A DNA stretch of 64,000 bases from a virus. Lineage: Duplodnaviria > Caudoviricetes. Location of the stretch: positions 224,001 through 288,000 of IMG/VR virus record IMGVR_UViG_3300049988_000124. One strand, 5' to 3'. This document shows, in pieces, positions 9,693 through 16,614 of the stretch (the first letter of the stretch is position 1; each line of letters starts with the position of its first letter). Both the position numbers and the translations under genes were made by a program. Under the pieces are notes generated by a model. It did no database searches, was not told the origin of the DNA, and saw only the letters and a program-made list of their open reading frames with translations.

Positions 9693-10097
9693 TCAGGGAA
9701 CCATGCATCCGGCCTGGATGACACCGACGGCAAAGGCCATGCCGCCCACGTAGATGCCGCTGCTGGTGCAGTTGCTGGTGATCTTGGTACTGATCCCCTG
9801 CGAAGTCACCTGAACGATCCAGAACGTCAGTGACTGAACAACGAGAACGACCAGACCCCAAGCGACCATGTCGGAGAGGCTGACTGAGTGGCTGATGACG
9901 ACAGCGAAGGGAAGGGCAAAGCCCAGGACGCTGCCGATGAGCTGGATAGCAGCAGCTGTATTACCTTCACGAATGAGCGTGAACTCACGGTGCGGAGTGA
10001 TCATGACGTAGGCTAGCAGATAGCCCACCAGGAGAATGACGCCGATACCGAAGTATGCCAGGAAGTGAGGTAGTGTGTTAAACATGTGTTGGAACAT
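9693..10097 (-). CDS. DUF350 (YjfL-like) membrane protein
   Basis: Four hydrophobic segments and the family-typical ITPHREFTLIREGNTAAA motif. Confidence 0.88.
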   Translation of the reverse strand: MFQHMFNTLPHFLAYFGIGVILLVGYLLAYVMITPHREFTLIREGNTAAAIQLIGSVLGFALPFAVVISHSVSLSDMVAWGLVVLVVQSLTFWIVQVTSQGISTKITSNCTSSGIYVGGMAFAVGVIQAGCMVP

Positions 10098-10255
10098 GAT
10101 GAATTGAGTCCCTCTTTGGTACTGAGTGTGAGTAACTGCTCATTGATCTGATATCAACATTACTAGTTACCCAGATGATTGACATCCAGGATAACTAATT
10201 TGTTGTCTGCTTTTCAAGCTTGGTCGAACCTGAGTGAGTCGGATGGGTAAGCGCT

Positions 10256-10663
10256 TCACTCGTCCGGAAATGATTCTGGTTTGGGTCTGTTAAAGTCTAC
10301 ACCAAGGTCTTTCATTTGGTTGGCAATGATCAGATACACAGAAGTGGTAATCTGAGCGTAGACTTCTTCTTGGATTGGTTCTTCAAATTCTAAGCTCTTT
10401 GTTATCCTCTTTAGTACATGAACAGTTTCGTGGGCGATGGTTGCTTGAATGTATAATCCAGAACTCCACTCCGCATCTATCCAAACAACAATAGTCTTCT
10501 TGAGGGCAGGTACGGAATGATAGAAAAAGGTCGTACCAGCTACCTTTCTGTTGTTCGGAAGACGTTCTTTAGGTAGACCTTTTTCAAGAAGGAAATCTCG
10601 TAGTTTATCGTAGTCGATGAAAACTTTGATGTCGATGAACGACGTAAGAAGAGCAAAGCTCAT
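10256..10663 (-). CDS. HExxH-motif protein (possible zincin metallopeptidase)
   Basis: TIAHETVHVL followed by EE-containing helix IQEEVYA. Confidence 0.5.
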   Translation of the reverse strand: MSFALLTSFIDIKVFIDYDKLRDFLLEKGLPKERLPNNRKVAGTTFFYHSVPALKKTIVVWIDAEWSSGLYIQATIAHETVHVLKRITKSLEFEEPIQEEVYAQITTSVYLIIANQMKDLGVDFNRPKPESFPDE

Positions 10664-10676
10664 GATTGATTCTCCT

Positions 10677-11084
10677 TTAGTCTAGTTCCAGATCCTTCAG
10701 CCGAAAGGCTGGGGGTGGAACATAGAGACCATTTGGCTCAGTGTCTTCAGTTACAACACACCCAGCATTGATCACGCATCCTTCCCGAATAGTGACCCCT
10801 GGATAGATCGTTACCCCTGCCCCAATCCAACACCCACGCTCGATGACCACGGGGCGATGCCTGTCACCTGGTTTAGAACGTCTAAAGACGGAGCGACTGA
10901 TGTGGTGGGTGTTGGACATGATGATGCAACGAAAGGAGATGCGTACACCCTCCCCGATCTCGACGCCCCCTGTGGCGTCGATAAATCCCTCTCGGCTTAC
11001 ATACGCGCCTCGGCGAAGGATGAGACCTTGTGGATTGAGTACCGTGCAGCTGGCATCAATCTCAGCCCCCTCTTCAATCAACAT
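10677..11084 (-). CDS. Left-handed beta-helix acetyltransferase (maltose O-acetyltransferase-like)
   Basis: Hexapeptide repeats, including VEIGEGVRISFRCII and PVVIERGCWIGAGVTIYPGVTIREGCVINAGCVVTED. Confidence 0.85.
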   Translation of the reverse strand: MLIEEGAEIDASCTVLNPQGLILRRGAYVSREGFIDATGGVEIGEGVRISFRCIIMSNTHHISRSVFRRSKPGDRHRPVVIERGCWIGAGVTIYPGVTIREGCVINAGCVVTEDTEPNGLYVPPPAFRLKDLELD

Positions 11085-11105
11085 TTATTACGCCCCTATT
11101 TTCAC

Positions 11106-11552
11106 TTAATCGGGTTTGTGCTCACTCAAACCAATGAGAACTGTGGCTGCTTCATCAAACGATTCTTTATACTCTCCGAAGAAAGAAGGATCTACTTTCT
11201 GGTCGATCCAAGGCTGCTTCACCGCCAATAAAGCCGCTTCTTCCGAAGACATCGTTTTTAGATTTTCACGGTAATAACCGATGAGTCGCGCCCGGGTCTC
11301 CTCATCCATCTCTGGTTCAAGAACTACGACCTTATCACCGAATTGAGCGATGAGATCAGTTATTTCAGAAACAAAATCTATCTGCTGTTCCGGAGTGGTG
11401 TGATCCAGGATGAACTCGGTGCTGTCCTCAGTCAAGGTAGAGCTAAGGATTCGAGAAGCTTTCTCGCGAATACCTTTTTCCATATCCGACAACTTCTTCT
11501 GAAGCTGCATCTCTTTGCCGGACAAGATGTTTACGACGTTATCATCTGACAT
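11106..11552 (-). CDS. Hypothetical protein
   Basis: 148 aa with RBS aaggaa. Confidence 0.7.
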   Translation of the reverse strand: MSDDNVVNILSGKEMQLQKKLSDMEKGIREKASRILSSTLTEDSTEFILDHTTPEQQIDFVSEITDLIAQFGDKVVVLEPEMDEETRARLIGYYRENLKTMSSEEAALLAVKQPWIDQKVDPSFFGEYKESFDEAATVLIGLSEHKPD

Positions 11553-11617
11553 GGTTCGTTCCTTATGTTAACTTCCAACGACCTCGTTGAAACAATAGTA
11601 CAATCCTAGAACCTTAG

Positions 11618-11806
11618 TTACAAAACGGGATCACCCAAGCCGTTCTCTAGTTCAGCTAAGAGGAGTATCCACACTCGGTTAGCCTGATTGGCTTTTCGAA
11701 GAAGTGCTACTGATTCAGGTGAACCATGATCGCGCATTCCTGTTATCCAAGCAGCCGTGGGGTCTGCTCTACATCCGAGAATCTCTACGGCAGATTTCGT
11801 TGTCAT
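11618..11806 (-). CDS. Small hypothetical protein
   Basis: 62 aa with an ATGA overlap with the upstream gene. Confidence 0.6.
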   Translation of the reverse strand: MTTKSAVEILGCRADPTAAWITGMRDHGSPESVALLRKANQANRVWILLLAELENGLGDPVL

Positions 11807-12531
11807 GATGTTCCACCTGATTGTTTATAAGCTTGAAAAGCTTCATCGATCCCAACAGCAGAACTTGGATTACCTCTCTCATGAGTTGCTTGCCAATCGG
11901 CACCATCTTCAAAACCCGCTCTAAAAGCAGTTTCTCCGCTGGTGAAGTCGCAGTCTTTCAGTGCAAACTCTCTGATCTCGAACTTATCGAGGTCAAAGGC
12001 TGTCATGAGCATACCGGGTTCAGGATGCCAGTCAGTCTCACCCCAACGGGTCCCGAAAACGATAGCGTTTCTGACAGATGTCTCACCTCGGTAATTGGTG
12101 TAGGTGAACTTGATTGCCTTTAGACGTTCGGAGGTATCAGGTATTCTGGTACTATCTGACTGCTTGATATACTCCAAGATTGCTTGGATGGCATGGACAT
12201 GGTCATACTGTCCGCTCAGATATGCATCACGATCAGACTTAACGAGATGATCGTCGTCAGTCTTATTGTGGTGGTGTTGCTCACGAAGAAGCTTAAAGGC
12301 AATCTCACGAGCAACCTGTAGCTGTTTGTCTTTACAACTAATCGCGTCGTCGGGATTGATAATCTTCAGTCGCTCTGCGACCAATTCAACATCACTGAGA
12401 AGATCATCGATCTCTCCTTGATACTTGCGCAATGTGAGATCTTTCGTGTCTCCCAGGAGACTCGAGAACATGTCATGATGACCTGTGAACCTAAGTCCGA
12501 GTAGATAGTTACTATCGCGGTGAGCTACCAT
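11803..12531 (-). CDS. Hypothetical protein with WYL-like segment
   Basis: FTYTNYRGETSVR...WHPEPGMLMTAFDLDKFEIREFAL resembles WYL-type domains. Confidence 0.55.
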   Translation of the reverse strand: MVAHRDSNYLLGLRFTGHHDMFSSLLGDTKDLTLRKYQGEIDDLLSDVELVAERLKIINPDDAISCKDKQLQVAREIAFKLLREQHHHNKTDDDHLVKSDRDAYLSGQYDHVHAIQAILEYIKQSDSTRIPDTSERLKAIKFTYTNYRGETSVRNAIVFGTRWGETDWHPEPGMLMTAFDLDKFEIREFALKDCDFTSGETAFRAGFEDGADWQATHERGNPSSAVGIDEAFQAYKQSGGTS

Positions 12532-12534
12532 TGT

Positions 12535-13023
12535 TTATCCTCCTATTTCGTATTTCGTGATCGAGGAAACATCCCCCCGGACTGGCCAGAGTCCAAAGTA
12601 ATGTGCAATGATATCTGCAAGCGTAGATTCTCGCAACGATGCTGACAGATCTTCAAAGCGCTGAAACATCATGTTCATATCGGATATCACACCTGGAGTC
12701 AGCCGTATCCCTTCGTACTTACGAAAAACAACGTTCACCACCCAGATTATTCGATTTACATTTAGTGCCAGTGTCAAACGATCTTGGAAAACTGATGCGA
12801 GTTCTGTAGGCATACCTAGGGGAAGAAGAAGAGCGCAGGAAGTCTCCACCGTCACGTAAGGTAAGGGTAGTTTAACTTGAACGGTGGATGGATTCTGAGA
12901 ATCCATCTCCGCTATCAAGCCTTTTCCTCGAATACCATCAACGGCTCTTTGAAGAATCTCCCGACCTCCTTGCCACTTGGTCTCTTTCTCCCAGATCTGC
13001 TCATAGGGTTCGAAGTCTCTCAT
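12535..13023 (-). CDS. Hypothetical protein
   Basis: 162 aa with operonic packing. Confidence 0.65.
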   Translation of the reverse strand: MRDFEPYEQIWEKETKWQGGREILQRAVDGIRGKGLIAEMDSQNPSTVQVKLPLPYVTVETSCALLLPLGMPTELASVFQDRLTLALNVNRIIWVVNVVFRKYEGIRLTPGVISDMNMMFQRFEDLSASLRESTLADIIAHYFGLWPVRGDVSSITKYEIGG

Positions 13024-13038
13024 GATCGCTCTCCTAGC

Positions 13039-13611
13039 TCAGTTGTCGGGAAGTAGATCGGTAGCCGTACCCATCACCCAAGGAAGTTTGCTGTCTATCT
13101 TGGCAGCTACTCGTGCTCCCCAACGTTCGTCGTCAAGGTCAAATCTACCGATAATGTAAGCCACCACCACCCCAAACCGCATGATACTGTATGACAATTT
13201 GGTGCTATTAGGTTCGGCGGATTCAGGATCAGCCTTATCCAATCCTTGAATCTGACAACGCCCAATGATCGTAAAGCAATCACCTAAGACTTTCAAGAGT
13301 AGATTCAACGATTCATTTAAGTCGCGGTCTATCTCAAGAAGCTCATTCATACACCGGTCAATAGTTCCCTCATCACTGGTAACACGACCGCCAGATGCTC
13401 GTTGTATCATTGAAGCTACTGCAACACAGTCAGCCAGCTCATTCTCGAAGGATACCGTATCACGTGGACCTCTGCTAGTACGGAAGTTGTAAGTTTCAAC
13501 AGCTAACTCACCGCCTTCCTCGACGAACTTACCAAAAGCCTTCTGAAGCTTGATGTCAGTCTCAGGCTTCCAGTCACTGAGACGCTTGGTCTTGATCTCT
13601 TCATCGGTCAT
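13039..13611 (-). CDS. MazG-like all-alpha NTP pyrophosphohydrolase
   Basis: GKFVEEGGEL...FENELADCVAV matches the EExxE...ELAD acidic motif. Confidence 0.65.
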   Translation of the reverse strand: MTDEEIKTKRLSDWKPETDIKLQKAFGKFVEEGGELAVETYNFRTSRGPRDTVSFENELADCVAVASMIQRASGGRVTSDEGTIDRCMNELLEIDRDLNESLNLLLKVLGDCFTIIGRCQIQGLDKADPESAEPNSTKLSYSIMRFGVVVAYIIGRFDLDDERWGARVAAKIDSKLPWVMGTATDLLPDN

Positions 13612-13972
13612 GGCTGAACTTCTCCAAAGTTTCGTCGTTTATACTCAAAGAACCAAGAGCAAATTGATGACACTCACTGATGAACCTGTGACAGCTTTCC
13701 AATACGTCGGAGGGCTTATATCTCAATTCATCAGAAAGCCAAGATTTTGCCCCTTCTGGATCGAAATGAGCCAGAATGATCAGTCGTTGCTGTGGCCTAT
13801 CGACATCAGCGAAACCAGTGTTTACGCCATCGCAGAGATAAGCTGCCATGTCGTATTTTTCATACATACCTCGATAGTGTCCAGCATCGACAAGGTGATC
13901 ATGCCGATTGCGCCTTAACCACTTACGATGATATTTGCGAGCACGGTGGAAGTTGGAATAACGACGCTTCAT
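13601..13972 (-). CDS. Hypothetical protein
   Basis: 123 aa, overlaps both neighbours. Confidence 0.6.
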   Translation of the reverse strand: MKRRYSNFHRARKYHRKWLRRNRHDHLVDAGHYRGMYEKYDMAAYLCDGVNTGFADVDRPQQRLIILAHFDPEGAKSWLSDELRYKPSDVLESCHRFISECHQFALGSLSINDETLEKFSHDR

Positions 13973-14550
13973 GGTCTGTCTCCTGGTGAATTAAGAAAAC
14001 TAACGTCGACTCTGAGGTTATAGATACGACCACGCTTTAGACGTTTGTCGTTGAAGAATAGACACTCAAAGTAAGTTCCCGTTCGACTACGCTGTAGACG
14101 ACAGCGGTGGAAGTGGGAATCTACGTCATTGAGTAGGGTGCGCATGAAGTGCCTGGCTAGAATACCGTAGCCGGACTTCTTCTTGTTGAAAAGTTCAAGG
14201 TAGCTGTTGAGTTCGCGCAGCGGATCATCATCACTCCGTCTGGAGTTGGTGAACTGGTTATCCACAGTAGCGTTAAAGGATCTGGTGTAGAGCGACAAGA
14301 ACTGGTCGTTCACGCTCAGCTCTTGGTCAGGACTACCATTGAAGACGCCGACGCCGAAGAGGAAGTTTCGATCATCAACACGGTAGCCAAAAGTGATATT
14401 GTCGGTGAACCGACGAGACAGCGTGAAGGGAGCGTCCTCGGCTTTGAGACCGGTGATCAACTCCCTAACCACACCGTACATGTAGAAGTATTCAGAACGC
14501 GTCACAACCTCACTGAAGGATACCGGGGGTTCAGAGGGGCGATAGGTCAT
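13969..14550 (-). CDS. Hypothetical protein
   Basis: 193 aa with an ATGA overlap. Confidence 0.65.
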   Translation of the reverse strand: MTYRPSEPPVSFSEVVTRSEYFYMYGVVRELITGLKAEDAPFTLSRRFTDNITFGYRVDDRNFLFGVGVFNGSPDQELSVNDQFLSLYTRSFNATVDNQFTNSRRSDDDPLRELNSYLELFNKKKSGYGILARHFMRTLLNDVDSHFHRCRLQRSRTGTYFECLFFNDKRLKRGRIYNLRVDVSFLNSPGDRP

Positions 14551-14568
14551 GGTGAGAAGGTAGCCCTT

Positions 14569-14901
14569 TTACTTGAGGTATACGTTGACGCGGTATCGCT
14601 GAAACTGCTCAGCCTTGAATGACTTGAGGAGGTAGTTGGTTTTGTGGATAGAACCAGGTTCTGACTGTTTCTCCCCCAACGTACCAAACCCCTTCCTCTT
14701 GGTAAAGAGCACGCAGCAATTGGGCTCTATCCCCTCTCGTTTGTGACGAGGAGTGGGATCACGGTCATCGGGTGATCGTGGAGGAAGGCCGTTGTTGTTA
14801 TCCACCGGTATTGGACTGGGAGGCACATCAACGTCTCGCCAAGTGTTGTTACCACTTCGCTCCAATGGTCCTCTTGGATATCCTCGACGCTGTACCATCA
14901 A
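14569..14901 (-). CDS. Hypothetical protein
   Basis: 110 aa, overlaps the upstream stop. Confidence 0.55.
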   Translation of the reverse strand: MMVQRRGYPRGPLERSGNNTWRDVDVPPSPIPVDNNNGLPPRSPDDRDPTPRHKREGIEPNCCVLFTKRKGFGTLGEKQSEPGSIHKTNYLLKSFKAEQFQRYRVNVYLK

Positions 14902-15167
14902 ACTCCCTCCTCGGTCCTAAGTGGTTGAACAGATGCACACCAGTAGATCTCTTCGTTCAAATCGTTACGCAGGACTATTTCACGCTTTTCCGTTCGATCG
15001 CGTGGTTCAACCTCCCACACACCGTAGAGTCCGGTTCTCAGATCGTCGGGTAAATTATGATCTTTGGCAGCGTGTTTCGCGGCTGCTCCAAAGTTGGGAA
15101 AGATGCCGTGCACCTCGACACCTGCGGGGGTGGTGATGTTCTGACTAGTGAGAACGATGTTGTGCAT
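14898..15167 (-). CDS. Hypothetical protein
   Basis: 89 aa with RBS ggagg, first gene after the TATATTAC at 15193. Confidence 0.7.
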   Translation of the reverse strand: MHNIVLTSQNITTPAGVEVHGIFPNFGAAAKHAAKDHNLPDDLRTGLYGVWEVEPRDRTEKREIVLRNDLNEEIYWCASVQPLRTEEGV

Positions 15168-15192
15168 AAAGACCTCCGACTACATCAGATAG

Positions 15193-15200
15193 GTAATATA
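15193..15200 (-). promoter_or_regulatory. phiKZ-type early promoter core TATATTAC
   Basis: Plus strand gtaatata at 15193-15200, just downstream of a terminator and upstream of a minus-strand gene run. Confidence 0.7.
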
Positions 15201-15203
15201 GGG

Positions 15204-15253
15204 ACAAAAAAGAAAAGAGAATAGTAGAGGGAGGCGACTTGCCTCCCTCTACT
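15204..15253 (-). terminator. Hairpin terminator with displaced U-tract
   Basis: Stem agtagagggaggc/gcctccctctact at 15223-15253. ACAAAAAAGAAAA at 15204-15216. Confidence 0.8.
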
Positions 15254-15262
15254 GATCCTTAG

Positions 15263-15568
15263 TTACGCTGCCTTCAGGAGCGCTGGTTGTTCTTCCCCGA
15301 GCTCGACTGACGAGACGTGAAAGCGCCGACAGATGTGGCGGTCGACGTTGCGGCGGTGTCGGAAGCACTGCTGCGTCAAGAGCTCACCACGGTGGTCGTA
15401 GGTACGCACCGAGTAGCGCGCGCAACCGGTCTGCTGACGAGAGACGCTAGTGCTCTCGTAGAGGAAGACCTTCTGGCGACCGTTGTTCAGGTCACCCAAG
15501 AACCACCGCTTGGTTCCAGCAGGGTTAGATTCAGGCGCTGCGGTCCTCATGATTAAGGACATGGGCAT
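15263..15568 (-). CDS. Hypothetical protein
   Basis: 101 aa with RBS aaggag, ending at a terminator. Confidence 0.7.
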   Translation of the reverse strand: MPMSLIMRTAAPESNPAGTKRWFLGDLNNGRQKVFLYESTSVSRQQTGCARYSVRTYDHRGELLTQQCFRHRRNVDRHICRRFHVSSVELGEEQPALLKAA

Positions 15569-15580
15569 TCTCCTTAACTC

Positions 15581-16096
15581 TTACGTTTGAGGGGATTCTC
15601 CGTCTTGTGATTCGCCGGTGTATCCGGCACTTCCGAGTGCGAACATAGACGTGTAACCAATGATATTCGTGCCGTCTGCGGACATGTCGTGAAAGAAAGA
15701 AGGAGGAGAGAGGTTGCGGTGTGAAGCCACTGAACCGTCCAGGTGAAATACTTCTCCATTGTCCCAGTCAATGGGAGGTGATGTCAAACTGTTACCACTG
15801 TGAAGCGCTTCGTGGGGACCCCATGGTTTCATCCCTTCTGGAATAACCAAGGAGAAAACCTTTCGCCAGGTCATGGCGTCGCAACAATCAACCTTTCGGC
15901 TGGTAACGCGGCCTTCTTCGATCAGGTCGATAAGAATTTCATAGATCGAATCAAGCGGCATATAGCGGTCATACACCGAGAGGATGTTTGACTGAATGCT
16001 TATTCCGTAAGCCAGGTTGCCCAGATTCGCGATGGCTTGAAGAACAAGAATGCTTGCTTTGTCGGTGAAGATGGTCGGCGTTCTCAGTTCGGACAT
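15581..16096 (-). CDS. PadR-family winged-helix protein with C-terminal extension
   Basis: ILVLQAI...AYGISIQ...LDSIYEIL..L.EEGRVTS...RKVFSL matches the PadR pattern. Confidence 0.6.
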   Translation of the reverse strand: MSELRTPTIFTDKASILVLQAIANLGNLAYGISIQSNILSVYDRYMPLDSIYEILIDLIEEGRVTSRKVDCCDAMTWRKVFSLVIPEGMKPWGPHEALHSGNSLTSPPIDWDNGEVFHLDGSVASHRNLSPPSFFHDMSADGTNIIGYTSMFALGSAGYTGESQDGESPQT

Positions 16097-16602
16097 TTTG
16101 TTCTCTCCCTAGCACTTATTTGGTTCTGATTTTTCATGAAGTTGAAGAACGGCTCAAGCTTCATGCTGATCGCTTCGGCAGCGACGTTGTTCTTGGAATG
16201 GACGATGTAGACGAATGGACGGAATGTGACGTGTCCATCGAGGATGTTGTCGATGAGCCATTGGACGCAGTATCGACCTTCTCCGTTCCCATCACCTAGG
16301 TCATTGTCGAATGAGATCTTGTCAGGGATCCCGTTTGTTAAAATGTAATCTTCGAACTCTTCTTGTGTGCGCACAATCGTCCAAGGACCCAGACCGATGT
16401 CGATCCAGGTGACATCCTCAGGGCGACGTTCATCGTCGAGAAAGAGATTGCGAGGAACCGAGCGGAGAAAGATCTCTTTCGTGTTCCGCTCAATCTCTAC
16501 CCGAGCGTTGAAGTCACCAGCAGCATAACCCATTCGGTAGGCTACAACAATTGTACAGAGCACAGCGAGTGCGAGGACCAGTATACCTAGTATCTCATCC
16601 AC
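16084..16602 (-). CDS. Membrane-anchored cyclic-phosphate-processing receiver-like domain protein
   Basis: N-terminal TM, then LFLDDERRP, W.IVRT.EEF, ISFDNDLG and VHSKNNVAAEAI, matching the stand-alone receiver-like family seen in phages. Confidence 0.65.
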   Translation of the reverse strand: MDEILGILVLALAVLCTIVVAYRMGYAAGDFNARVEIERNTKEIFLRSVPRNLFLDDERRPEDVTWIDIGLGPWTIVRTQEEFEDYILTNGIPDKISFDNDLGDGNGEGRYCVQWLIDNILDGHVTFRPFVYIVHSKNNVAAEAISMKLEPFFNFMKNQNQISARERTKCPN

Positions 16603-16614
16603 GCAATATCTCCT

